Shown here: positions 25,756 through 38,436 of the stretch, in pieces
How positions within the stretch are numbered: position 1 is the first letter of the stretch
How the letters are laid out: every line of letters starts with the position of its first letter
Assembly: GCA_043228905.1 (NCBI GenBank)
Contig: JBHGNT010000004.1
Coordinates: 22,258,001-22,322,000, forward strand
Reading direction: 5' to 3'
Source of the DNA: Azolla caroliniana
Taxonomy: Eukaryota; Plantae; Polypodiophyta
Length of the DNA stretch: 64,000 bases
The notes under the pieces: model-generated
What the model saw: only the letters and a program-made list of their open reading frames with translations
Database searches by the model: none
What the model was told of the DNA's origin: nothing
Translations under genes and position numbers: made by a program

Positions 25756-26705
25756 TAGTTTTCCGGGAGCTCAGAGAGGGAGGCAGCGTCAGCTAATTGG
25801 ACGTTCTGCTTCTGTTGGTGATTCTGCCACTTTCGGCAGTGACGCCGAATGTGGCCATAGTTGTTGCAGTAGAAACATTTGGGGCGTCCCTGGCTGTCTC
25901 GTTCGGGCAATGCACGCTTGGCACGTAATTGCGCGTTCTCGATGTCGATGTCCATGGGAGTGACGGCTGGTATAGTGTTTGTATGATCATGACTGAGATT
26001 ACCTGGTGTGTGCATGTCGTGCGCGTCTGCAGCTTCGATGCGTTGGGCAGTGAGGATGGCTTCGTGTAGTGTCGTCGGGCCTTGATTGCGTACACGGCAG
26101 CGGAGGTCATGTCGTATACGCGGCCAGAAAAAAAACAACTTCATGTCCTTAGACATGTTGGCGTCAGCCCGGCGTAGGATCTGCACAAAACGAACCGCGA
26201 ACTGGGTGATGGGTTCGCGTGGTTGTTGGGTAGTTGACTCAAGTTGTTGTAGGGCCGTCTGGCGGGAGTCTTGATGAGCAAAATTCCGAATCATGGCTGC
26301 CCGTAATAGATCCCAGTCGTTGCGTGTCTCTTCGGGTTGTTGTACAAGCCATGTTGCCGTGATATTCTCGAGGAGTGTCTTCATCTCCATTGCCTTCCGA
26401 GGGTGTGGCCACTGGTGGTAACTGGCCACCATTTCGAAATGATCCAGCCAAGAGAGGACGTCTTCCGATGGTAGGCCGGAGAACGGTTTTGGGCGAACTC
26501 GAGAGTCCGGGAGATTTTGTTGTGGCTCGGATCGTGCTGAAAGAAAGGACAACATGGCTTGGTTAGTATGGTTAACTTGTAAAATGATGTTGGACAGAGC
26601 TTGAACCAGTTGGTCGATTGGCGATGTGGGCTGGTGTCCTTGATTGTGTTGTAGGAATTCCGGATTCATCGAGTTTGCGTTGCCGTCGTTGTTGTCGTGT
26701 TGCAT
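25755..26705 (-). CDS. gag: Gypsy gag (capsid plus CCHC zinc knuckle)
   Basis: PKPFSGLPSEDVLSWLDHFE capsid motif and CFYCNNYGHIRRHC knuckle. The ORF ends GGAAAAC-TAA. Confidence 0.92.
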   Translation of the reverse strand: MQHDNNDGNANSMNPEFLQHNQGHQPTSPIDQLVQALSNIILQVNHTNQAMLSFLSARSEPQQNLPDSRVRPKPFSGLPSEDVLSWLDHFEMVASYHQWPHPRKAMEMKTLLENITATWLVQQPEETRNDWDLLRAAMIRNFAHQDSRQTALQQLESTTQQPREPITQFAVRFVQILRRADANMSKDMKLFFFWPRIRHDLRCRVRNQGPTTLHEAILTAQRIEAADAHDMHTPGNLSHDHTNTIPAVTPMDIDIENAQLRAKRALPERDSQGRPKCFYCNNYGHIRRHCRKWQNHQQKQNVQLADAASLSELPEN

Positions 26706-27039
26706 CGTGGCGGGCGTTGTTGGGGTCGTGAGTTGGGGTGGCTTGGCCCGTCTTCTCCACCAAGATGTGAAATGCTCAAGATGTGAAATGCTCTCAAGAA
26801 TAGCCCCTTTTCATTATGTCTCAAGTTACATTTTATAGACTCTCTCTTAGCGTGGAGGGTGTTCTCCCGCTCCAATTAGCTCTACTAATTATGGGGCTTG
26901 GTGGGGGCCTAGTTTGGGTGTGGTGCATGAGGCTTGGTAGGGGCCTAATTTGGGTGTGGTCTATGTGTGGTGCATGGGGCTTGGTAGGGGCCTAATCTAG
27001 GTGTGGTCCATGTGACCACCACAATATAAACATACATTT

Positions 27040-27092
<53 letters not shown>

Positions 27093-27603
27093 TCTGCAAG
27101 GTCACATATCATCATACTTGCCATTTGAATTGGTGTGTAGGGTGGCATTGAGTTTGGTGTTGTATTCTTTAGATCCCTAGATAGAAGGGTTCTATACTTT
27201 GTAGTAACTTAGTCATGGTGGTGTTTTTTCCTTTCGTAATGAAAGCCATTATTTACAAAGAGAGAGAGAGAGAGAGAGAGAGAGGCTCTCTATCGGTAAC
27301 AGAATCGAGCATAAAGACATGCATTGGAAAGCCCTCAATTAGAGCTTCGTAACGAGATATAGCAAGTTAAATATGGTGGTCTGTGCGAGAAGCAACGATT
27401 AAAATAAGGAATCTTGTGTTGTTGGCATCCACATACTCAACACACATTGCGGGTCTTCGATTGTATTCATCATCTTCGACCTCTTCAATCGGGTGAGTTC
27501 CGGTTGTCTTTCTTGTTCATGGAAAATTGTTTTTATCCCGGATCACTATCACATCAAGAATAATGGATATAAACATGAATTCCTCTCAAATTGTGGGGGA
27601 CAT

Positions 27604-27970
27604 CGATATGGAAACAATTGATCCAAAAAAGAGTAATGTGATGGTTGAATGTAATCAGGAAAGGGAACACATTGGAAGCTTAAGAGGTTTAAGGGCATTG
27701 AGGAAATTAATGAGAAAAAAGCGACATATGCCGAAGTAATACATGTAGATAAGGTTGACAACGATAATTGTAATTGGGATACTTTACGATATGGAAACAA
27801 TTGATCCAAAAAAGAGTAATGTGATGGTTGAATGTAATCAGGAAAGGGAACACATTGGAAGCTCTAAGAGGTTTAAGGGCATTGAGGAAATTAATGAGAA
27901 AAAAGCGACATATGCCGAAGTAATACATGTAGATGAGGTTGACAACGATAATTGTAATTGGGATACTTTA
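27604..27970 (+). repeat. 183/184-bp tandem duplication in LINE ORF1
   Basis: cgatatggaaacaattgatcc...gggatacttta at 27604-27786 and 27787-27970, nearly identical. Confidence 0.95.
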
Positions 27971-30900
27971 TGGGGAATTGCCAATACCTTATTGTCTAAT
28001 ATTGTGGAAGAAATTGAAAATGCAGTGAAAGAATACAATGATGAGGATGTGCATGATGTGGATGTTGATGCTAAGGTAGTGTTGCAATCTTTTGATGTAT
28101 TCTATGATCGTGCAGTTATATTGTTTTTTACTGGGAAACTCACATACATTAATTTGATTAAACAATGGTTGAACACAATCGTGTCACCAAATTGTGTTGA
28201 AAATATATATGTAGGACCACGAGGGTTTTATGATGTAGTGTTTCATTCACCGGAACATCGAAGTGCACTGTTGACTAAAGTTCTTGTGTTTTTTGATAAA
28301 CGATTGGTGCATGTAATGCAATGGTCCCCTGTTGTGGACTATCATGCTTTGTTGAAACAAGAATGCCCTATTTGGGTAACAGTGGATTGTAAGCATGCTT
28401 TTTTATGGCCACTTTACCATAGGTGATGAGTCAAATGGGTAAAGTGTTGGTATCTCCACATGCAAATGCTACAAATAAGTGTAGATTTTGTGTTATGGGA
28501 TACAAGTCGTAAGAGGCTAGGATGGGTGCGTATGAACACATCTGGAATGAAAAGAATTTGTTTTAAATTGAAGTGGGAGACATTTGCAGGTCACTGTTTT
28601 GGATGTGGTGAATGGGGTCACCTTATGGCGGAATGCCATCGTCATTGTCCTTCAACTATAGAGGTTCCTAATGAAGGGAATGGTAAGGAAGGAGTTGGGA
28701 GAGATGTTGGTGTGAGAGATATGGTGGTTGTTATGGATGAAGAAACATCATCTAGAGCAGGTTATTAAGAGGTTTCACTTTAAGGTTTGGGCCCTAAGAA
28801 TAAGGGAACACAATCTATGGATATGGAAAAACAAAGTTTAGTGGTTATAGATAAAGGGAAAAAACCGTTGGATAGAGCTAGTAGTGATGTTGTTGTGGAC
28901 AAAGATTGGCATCAGGTTAAGGGCAAGTCGAAGGGGAAATCAATGAATATGCAACGTAATAGTTTGCCCACTACTCATGAGACTACTTGGCAAGGTAATT
29001 TGAGAACTAGGGAAGGTTCTCGAAAAGTTCCTTGGCAACGACAATTTACCCCTTCACCTTCAATTTGATTCATTGGGACAGGTTATAAATTCATCGAATT
29101 CTCGAGGTTTTCGTCAAGCGGGAAGACGTAAACAAAAGATTTCAATAGACAACCCTAAGGATGTGGTGCATGAGAATCCATATGCAGCATTGGAACTTGC
29201 TTTGACTAGTTTTATGGCATTGATTGCTCTAAAGGAGCAAGTGCACCCATAACTTTGTTGATTGAATGAAAGTGGTTACATGGAATGTAAGAGGGGCATG
29301 TTCTCCTTATAAGTATATTTATGGGAAACTTTGTTAAGAAAAGAATGGGATGTATTATGTGTAGTTGAGCATAAGTGTCATGAGTTAGCAAGATGCATAG
29401 TTCATTTGCATGGATATTCATCATTCTATGCATGACATCTTAATAAACATTATTCAAGTGTGGTATTAATCGTGCGGGATAAATATTATCCTCAACTGGT
29501 GCATAATGATCCTTATGGTCGGTTTTTTGTTTTAGAAATCACGTTTTTTGGCGAGGTTGTGTGGTGGTTGGCATTTATGCCCCTAACCAAGCCACTCAAC
29601 GTATTGCATTATGGGGCTCACTCCTTCAAACCTATGTGTGGGTCATCCAGGATTACTTATGGGTGAGTTTAACATGTGTGTTGATGCATCTCAATCTATG
29701 TCTGAACATTCAATCATAGATGATCTTGAGCAAATTGCTTGGGATTCATTGGATATGGAGGTTATGGAATTGGATGTTTGGGTATGGTTTCATGGGAAGG
29801 ATCCAAGTTTTACTTTCCAATGTGCTCAACATAGACAAACATGGAGCTGGTTAGATAGAATGTATGTGATGCATGATGATTCTTTTTTACCGACATCACT
29901 TCGTATGACAGTTCTACAAGATGTAGGAACTTCAGATCACTTTCCTATTTGTTTGGAGGTTTGTAGTCATGCAATTGACATGTATAAATCCTTACTTGGA
30001 AAGCCTCCATTACGCTTGAATTCTTCTCTTTTGCTTCAACCTCACTTTGATTCTCTCATGGAGCAAATTTTGGTAAATTTTTCACAATAAGTGAATATTA
30101 AAGGAGTTAAAAGTGTGGGATATCACGTTACAAAACATTAAGATCATTCTTCGTATGTATGGAGTAACTAATGCTCAACAAAGAAGAGGTCTTCTTTGAT
30201 AATTCTTACAAGTTCTCTCTGGGTGTAATGCATTATTGATACATGCACCATTAGATGATGAGCTTTTGGATATGCAAAGTCAATTCCAGGTTATTATTTC
30301 TCAGTTGCAATGTCAAAGTTATCGTTATGCCAAGATGCGTCAACTGAGGGATGGGCTCATAGATAATCAATGTCAATCTCATTTGTTTTTCCAAGCGTTA
30401 CATCCTACTTATGCTTGATCAAATGTGGTACATGTGCAGCAAGGGGATGAATTGATAATGGATCCTACTACAATAATTGACATATGTGTTCATTACTTTA
30501 AGGAGTTGATTGGCCCACAATTGTTAATGACAAATGAGGTGAGTAGAGCACGTCATGAGTTTTATGATGTGGTTGAAGGTATTGTGCATGATCTCATTAG
30601 CCATGAATTGGATGCGGAGTTCACTGGGGATGAGGTGGACACAGTTTTAAGGCATCTTCCTAATGGTAAGAGCCCTGGTTGGGATGACTTGACCAATGAA
30701 GTTTTTAAGCGATATTCAAACATTTTAAAGGGGTTGTTAACTTTGATGTTTCAACATTCTTGGGATTTTGGTTGTATGCCTCAAGCTTGGAAGGTTGGTG
30801 TAATTAAATTAGTTCCAAAGGTGGCATCTCCCGAGTCATTTCATCGATGGAGACCTATTTCTTTGATGGGGGGTTGTATAAGATATTTACAAAGGTCTTG

Positions 30901-32513
30901 GCAAATAGATTACAAAAATATTTGCCAAAGTTGATACATCCTGGTTTTATTGCAGGTAGGAATATGTTGCATAATGTGTTGAATGGTTCAATGGTCATTG
31001 GTTATGGATTATGCTCGAAACACTAATCAAGAATTGATTATGGTGCAATTAGGTTTGGAGAAAGCTTATGATCACCTTTGTTTCTAGATTAATGCATAAA
31101 ATGGGCTTTGGACCTCATATTTTTATTAAGACAAGATATAGTGTCTTGAGTGATGCTTAATGGGGGAGTTACATTAGATATTGCCCTCACAAGATCCATT
31201 CGTCAAGGATTCCCTCTTAGCCCATTGTTCATTGCTATTGTTACTCATCCCTTGTTAGTGATGCTATCAAGGCTTGCAACAAATGGTGACATTGTGGGTC
31301 TACACCTTTCGTCTAGAGGGCAACTAGTAGCACAAGCTTTGGTTGATGATTCTTTCATGTTTCTACAAGCCTCACAAGAGAATCTTGAGAAGGGGAGGCT
31401 TGTATGGAACCAATTTGCATTGGCTTATGGATTACATATTAATTGGAGGAAGTCTAGTCTCATATCATGTGTTGAAAGGGATTTGGAATGTTTAGGATGG
31501 CACGGATCCGTGGTGAAGAAAAGCTCTATTTTTCGACACTTGGGCTATCCATTAGGAATGAATGTTACAAATGGTCAATTGATTGAATGGATGTCTTGTA
31601 AGTTGAGGGATAAGTTCATGTATTGGAAGTCACAATCTTGGCCATTTCATGTATGCTTAAAGGTTGTACAATGTATTATGGAACCCATGATATTATATTA
31701 CTTGCCATTGTTGCCATGGACAAAGATGGCTTTGGATTCTATTTTGCAACCTCTTCGATATTTGTTGTGGAAGAAGAGGTATAAGATGGGAATCATTTGG
31801 GTTGCATGGAATCATCTAGCAACCCCTAAGCACTTGGGGGGAGCTGGAATATTGAACTTATCTATGCATATGATGGCTCATAGATTTTCATTATTACAAG
31901 ACATGTGTTCAAACTCACAACCATGGATATCTATTGTTCAATATTTCATTGAGAACAAGGGCCAGTTTAACACATGGGAGGACAACAATTAAGGTTTCAT
32001 GGTGGCAATTACGAAATGGATGTATTTCACTTAGGATTCTGGGCTCTCCATGTGTTCAACACTTGGTTATCTCATGGCAAGAAGCACTCTTGTTATGTGT
32101 ATGGAAACCATCATCTAGTAGAGAGCATTGTAATTCTTTGCAAAAAGAGTTACTTGTGTCTTCTCGGTTATTATGTTGGCCAGGAAAGGAGAGATTGCAC
32201 TCTCAATTTAATCGTTTGTTTTGTTTGGGGGTCAAAGAGGTGGTAGATATAGTTGAGGCTCCATCAATTTGGGAGTTTGTTGAAGCGCGACAATGATTAC
32301 CCATCCCATCCCGCCTAATTATGGGTTTATTTGGTAACAACTACAAAATATTGCATTGATGCAAGGTCCCTTACCTCTACAAACAAGAGAACAACCGTTG
32401 ATTGATTGGTGTTTATGGGGTCAAACGTCGTCCTTAAAAGTGGCTACTAATATTTTGTATCATTGCTCTGTTGAGTCTCTTCGAAGGTTATCATCGAAGG
32501 TTGAAGAAGAATG

Positions 32514-33175
32514 TGATCGGAAATAACAGTTTGTGCGGAAATAACGCTCGGCCACAACCGAGTCTTCAACAAGGAATAGAAGAGAACAAACTAAAACAGA
32601 GATGACATAGGATGCTTACGTGGAAACCCTAAATGGGAAAAACCACGGGAGCCCACAGACTCCAACTATCACTATGAGGGGAGGAATACAATGTGAGACT
32701 CAGAGCCAACGACCTTGTGCTCTATGTCTTCTCCAACCGGCGATTACAATAGAAAACTTGTTCTGTGTCTCTCTCTATCTCGCACTCTCTGTGTACACTC
32801 TATCAACAACTCTCTGTGTACACTCTAGATCAACAACTCTCTGTGTACACTCTAGATCAACAACTCTCTGTGTACACTCTAGATCAACAACTCTCATGTG
32901 TACACTCTATCAACAACTCTCATCACTAAAGTGATTGCCCTAAGTCATATTTATACTTATATGACTTTAGGGCTATTTACAAATATAGCCTCGATGGGCT
33001 CACTATAAAACATATTTACACATATGTTCTTGGATCCGGTTTGCACCAGATCCATCCGGATTCACTCGATTCGGTTTCCGGGTCTCATCTGAAACCATTC
33101 TGGATCCAGTTCCTTCATCTGGATCGTCCGATCTGGCCCGTCCGATTCTCATCCGAAGGGACCGAATTCCCAATA
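32514..33175 (-). mobile_element. Solo LTR (copia-like) inserted in LINE ORF2
   Basis: 5-bp TSD GAATG (32509-32513 and 33176-33180). Ends are TG..TA (CA mutated). The minus strand has a GGGTTTCCACGT U5-type motif, and 27-bp internal tandem repeats lie at ~32790-32920. Confidence 0.85.
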
Positions 33176-33817
33176 GAATGGAAAATACATAAATCTGATC
33201 ATGGGTGGTGGTAGATCTTACAACGTAGTTGACATTCTAAATTGCCACTTGTAGCAAAGGTCTTCATTTGGAGAGTTTTGATTGGAGGATTGCCTTTGGG
33301 ATTAGCTCTAAAGTGTCATGGACTAGCAACGAGTGATTGCTTTTTTTGCACTGTACTCATCGATACAATGTTTGATTGCTTGTCAGATTTAGAGCTACAT
33401 TTCTCAAATTTGGCAAGTTTTATCATGGTGTTATTTGACACCTAGACAATGGGTGTTTGCACAATTTACACAAGTTGACCCAAAATCAAAGATGGAGATT
33501 TTATTTTTGAGATATTGGGGATTGCGTCATAATTGCAACATGCGCAACGCTCTTGTATTCGATGGTAAACATGGAGTGAAAACATATCTACGAAAGTTGA
33601 AGGGAGTATTAATGTGGTAATTTTCTTGCTTGGAGCAAGTGGAAATTCTTTCCTCGGTGGAGTGTTTGTCTTGCCTATTGGCATTTCAACATGTTCCACT
33701 ACCCATGTAGTGTATTGTAGTGCAGTGTAGTTAGTGGGTTACCATACTCCATTGTCACACCCATTGTAAGTAGTGTTTTTTACACCCATTTATTAATATA
33801 ATTGTGTGTTTTCTCCA

Positions 33818-33859
<42 letters not shown>

Positions 33860-33860
33860 A

Positions 33861-34078
33861 TATTATATGAGAAGGAGTACAAGGGTAGGAATAACTTAGA
33901 GGCTTAAGACTGACATTGAACCGAATTGGTTGTGAATAGTACAATATGCCTCTATTTATAGTTCAGGAGTATTCTTGAAGTTTCTAGAATATTCCAAAGT
34001 ATTCTAGAATATTCATGCATTTTCTAGGTTATTCCATAATGAAATAGTATTCAAAATAATATTTTATGTCTCATAATA
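33861..34078 (-). mobile_element. Possible short degenerate solo LTR
   Basis: Ends tattatatga..tcataata, a reverse TATA (ctatttata) and ttctagaa repeats. No TSD found. Confidence 0.35.
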
Positions 34079-34259
34079 TTTATCCTAATGGTAAGGCCTT
34101 GACCCGTGCACTACAAAGTCTTGAGTTTATTTCTTATTTCCGGCCATATCATGACATAAGTGAAAGATAGAGACAACAAAGGAATGAGCAACATAATAAA
34201 TAAGGTAATCAAACTCCTCTCATATGCACATATTATGATAAAATAGGTTGCCATGTTTG

Positions 34260-34520
34260 AGAAACGAAATTTTACACAAAAGAAATTCACATCAAAACAA
34301 TGAAATGAATGTGATGATACATATAATGATGATGAGAATGTCTCAATGACAACTACATTAAAAAAAATCAACAATATATGGTACATTAATTCAGGGTGCT
34401 CAAACCACATGTTTGGAAATATTGTATTGTTTAATCAAGCAACTAACATTGGTGTGCCTAAGTGAAAAATCATGAGAGTTGACATGTGTTATATTGTTAA
34501 GTGCAGTGGTGATTTTAATT
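34260..34520 (+). pseudogene. Copia protease remnant
   Basis: 34379-34417 reads WYINSGCSNHMFG, matching the copia W.IDSGCS.HM motif. Confidence 0.65.
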
Positions 34521-34659
34521 GAAATGATGTCACCAAAACTTTACATCATTGCTAAAACATATCCTTAATGTGTTATCAAAATTAAATTTTTTTCCAAAAA
34601 AAAAACTACTTCCATTAGTTAAGCAATGTACAAAGGATAATTTACAACTCATATCTTAC

Positions 34660-35940
34660 ACGACATCTTGCATGTGTTATCAAAATTTATGGTGTGTTGG
34701 CTCAAGGTATGCTCATTGAGCACGTGTCTTTTTATTAGTGGAGTTATGTCTCTATCCTAATATCATTTGCCAAGAAGTTTAGGTCGTCATACTCCCTATT
34801 GATGGCAAGTTGGTGTGTGTGGTTGTCAAGTACTCTAGAGCCATTAACTTTGCTTACCCTAATATTGCAAACTCTCACATACCTCTCACGAAAGCACTAA
34901 CCTCAATAAGAAACTCACTAGTGCTTGATAAGCTTAAGTGTTAGATACATACACAAGTTAATCGGCTTGAGAGGAAGAACTAAACACACTTGATTTAATA
35001 GGAGCACACACAACACAAATAAAAAGAGTGTGGTTGGTGTTTGGCTAAAAACACTTAACACTAATCACTTAATTCAATAAAAATGTGTCAAAGTGACTTA
35101 TAGTACTTTGACAAAAGAATTGTCCCTTTTGACATTGAGTTGGCCATTTGTCCTAGAGCTCTAGAGACAACTTTGTTTTCTTCCCCCCTTTTCTTGGTCC
35201 CACACTTGGTCTTTAGTCGCAATGTCATTATCATCATAGTCATACATGATACTACACACAACGAGTACTTAACATCCCCCCCCAACCGAATGAGTGCACT
35301 CTTGGTGTACCATGTCAAGCCTCAATCTGTGGGTGCAAAGGTGGTAGTAGAAAATGAGAGAGTCAAAGGTATCAAGGTTGGGACGGAAGGACGGAAAATG
35401 TTGAACTCAAGTTCAATTGGAGGTGAATGAGGAGAGTGGTTGATGTGGGGGAGGACGTGAGGAAGGTGTAGGGAGGATGGACAACATGTTGGCGAGCAAT
35501 CAACGGTGGACACTAGAGGCATTGTCTATTGAGGGGCAATGTTAAACATCTTGCATGAGTGTGGTGATCAATCGGAAAAACTCTTTCAAGTTTCTTGTGA
35601 CCATTAATGAGTAGTGTAGTAGGTGAACATCAAAGGCGAGTTTCCTCCATAGCTTGCAGACGTCTTCGAGTGTCGGCATTAGCATTCCTTGACAGTGCCC
35701 AAAAGATGTGCTTGCTCAAGGTGTACTCATTGAAGCATGTCTTTGTATTAGCTTATTTTGTGTCTCTATCCCAATATCATTTGCCCAGGGATCCATGCCA
35801 TTGTATCCCCTATTGACGACAAGTTAGACGACAATTGTTGTAAAGCATTGTCAAGCCACTAACCTTGCGTACACTAAACTTGAGAACTCTTACTCGCCTT
35901 TCTCGAAAGCACTAACCTTGCTAAGAAGCTCACTAGTGTT
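34660..35940. mobile_element. Fragmented LTR-retroelement debris
   Basis: Diverged repeat pair at ~34700-34925 and ~35715-35940. A TG..CA segment at 34939-35274 abuts a reverse PPT (tccccccccaa). Confidence 0.45.
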
Positions 35941-37302
35941 AATATGTGAGTTCTGTAGTAAAGCAAACTCATAAGAACAACAAAGTTGTTAAGAGACATT
36001 ATCTAAGTATCCTCTTGAGCTCATGCATATAAATGTTTGGGGCCCATCACAAGCATTGTCGGATCCAAACATTTTGCTCCCTTTATTTTTTATTTTTCTT
36101 TTATGATTTGGGTATATGTCTTGAAAAATAAAAGTGATATTTTTAAAAATTTCCTCAAGCTCAAATTCATAACTAAGAATTAACATTATAATAAAAAAAA
36201 TCATGGTCCTCACTATTTATTGTTGAATGACCATGGGTAGTGCATAGTGAATCAAGTTTTGAAGGTAGTTTATGGTCACTAGATGATGGCAATGGACAAT
36301 ATATAGTTGGCAAATGGTGGCCAAACACATGTATATTGGACTTTGTCACAAAATGAAGTATCGAGTTTATTGTGACAAGGCACACTTAGTACACAAAATT
36401 AATAACATAAGTTAAAGCGAAACAAGGGTAAAGAAAGAGTAAATTAATTGTAACTACTACGCATGTTGGCAACATTTATAGGTTACAATCTCATAACAGT
36501 GAATAATTTTGTCAAACTTTCTTCCTTTTGAATGTTTGGTTTCCAAAGAGAACTATCTTATTGCACAAAACACATGGAACTTTCATTCCATTATGTAAAT
36601 AGGGATAACCATTATCAATCTATCACATTAAAATACTCTTTGATGTCAGATATGATGGAGATTTTTGTCCATGGAAAGAATGCACAATATGTGATATAAA
36701 AAAATGTCTTATAATATCTTATTCATGCATAATATAAACATAGTAATGAATGAAAAGGTTAAACCACACAATGATCATTGATGTATATATGGATCAATGG
36801 ACATCCATCTTGAAGTCCAAGACCCTTAGTCGAAGTCTTCTTCATGCTAAATAACAAGAGTGTATCACATGTAACAAAGTGGTAATGAATTTTAAAGATG
36901 TTGGTCAAAGAATTTGATATGAATGAGAAATTTATGGTTATTTTTTATTGTCAATGTTTTTGAAATGTTCTAAGAATAAGATATCATTCATTATATGCAA
37001 AAAATACACCTTGCCAAGAAAACTTAACTAATCTAATTATAATATTGAGCTTATCAATCAACTTTATTGATGTAGTTATTTCTAGTAGTCCAATTGCTTT
37101 TTGGTACATACTTCCTTCACCATGCTCCCTAGGCAAATATAATGTATTTGTATTATGACATGGGGATCAATAATAAGGTAACATGATACCAAAACAAGCA
37201 CGCTACATGTTTGTGATTTACTATGGTTCAAGAGAACATGACATCAATAAGAAACCGCCAAAACTCTTCATATTGCTCGGTTACTCTTGAGAGTTTTTGC
37301 TT

Positions 37303-37571
37303 TTCACCCTTTTTTATATAATCAATGTCACCCTTTTTGAGTGATTGCATACATTATCTCCATTTGTTGGCACATGTCTATGTGAACATGTTGAACTTGC
37401 AATGGTTCACAATATTGCCATCTTTCGGAAAAAAAAACCATGATTCACCCTTTTTTATGTAGTCAATGTCACCCTTTTTGAGTGATTGCATACATTATCT
37501 CCATTTGTTGGCACATGTTGAACTTGCAATGGTTCACAATATTGCCATCTTTCGGAAAAAAAAAACCATGA
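37303..37571. repeat. ~130-140 bp tandem duplication
   Basis: ttcaccctttttt...ctttcggaaaaaaaaaccatga occurs twice. Confidence 0.9.
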
Positions 37572-38400
37572 AAATACAACATCTTGTAGAAAGACCACTA
37601 TTCCATTCCTTTGCAAAGCACATTTTTATTGTCTTCACATTGTATCACAATATTCATGCACGATTTAGGGTTATCTTTTGTGAGATATTAGGAGAATGCT
37701 AAGAGGGTTCGACTTAAATTTCATTGAGCCGTATTGTACAATCTTCAACAACAAAATTCCTAGAGATTTGTTGATGTTGAACCATAGTCTGTTCAATGAG
37801 AATGATAATTGTGTGTGTGATTGCATATCTAGTAATGGTTTGGATCATTGTATGCAAAATAAGCAAAATGCAAGACATCAACCCAATCATCTAGTTGGTG
37901 GTTGATGAAGCAACGAAGATATTTCTTTAACCCACTCATTCTCCTATCATTTTTAGATTTATCCTAATTTTGTGTGTACTTCCATAGAAGTTCTATGTAA
38001 ACCAAATCCTCTCTTTTGTTTAAGGTTTTGATTAGCATTTGAAGTAGTTGTCAATGTCATCTTCCCATTTTTTAATACAAGCTCATAATCTTTGGTATAT
38101 GCTCTCATGGTCACATTGTGCACCCCCGATTGCAACATTCATTGGTAGAGTTCTTGAACATCGAGAGTCGCTACTCATTGTCACATATATTACGTGAAAT
38201 GTATATTTTTGGTCTAATAGGTCATATTTGACCCCCGAAGTTGATAATAAAATCTATTTATTTCTCTATCCATCTTTGTAAATAGTAATATAATAATTAC
38301 AAATGTCAAATTACACTCCATCGAATATGATATCCAATCAGCTTACCACAAACTCAATGAGGGTTCCCATGACATCCCGTCGTCTCTAGATGTCATTATG

Positions 38401-38436
<36 letters not shown>

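Larger units (their letters stand above)
22582..27023 (-). mobile_element. Ty3/gypsy LTR retrotransposon, 4442 bp, young but internally defective
   Basis: Two identical 242-bp TG..CA LTRs (22582-22823 and 26782-27023). TSD ATAT (22578-22581 and 27024-27027). PPT-like AAGGGGGAAT next to the 3' LTR and PBS TGGTGGAGAAGACGGGC. Domain order is gag-PR-RT-RH-INT. Confidence 0.97.
27285..33820 (+). mobile_element. Near-full-length degenerate L1/Tx1-type LINE bounded by (GA)n tracts
   Basis: ORF1 has a DUF4283-like region and a CFGCGEWGHLMAEC knuckle. ORF2 has the APE endonuclease (GEFN, WLDRMYV, SDHFPI), RT (KSPGWDDLTNEVFK, WRPISL, RSIRQGFPLSP, FRHLGYPLG) and a zf-RVT-like LPLVAKVFIWR..CFFC. Many stops and frameshifts. 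Confidence 0.92.

Noticed and set aside
26745-26762. tRNA-like sequence
   Set aside because: Only the primer-binding-site complement of a tRNA 3' end; no cloverleaf.
22949-26838. Many plus-strand ORFs within the gypsy element
   Set aside because: Antisense shadows of GC-rich gag/pol with no recognisable domains; no env-like ORF.
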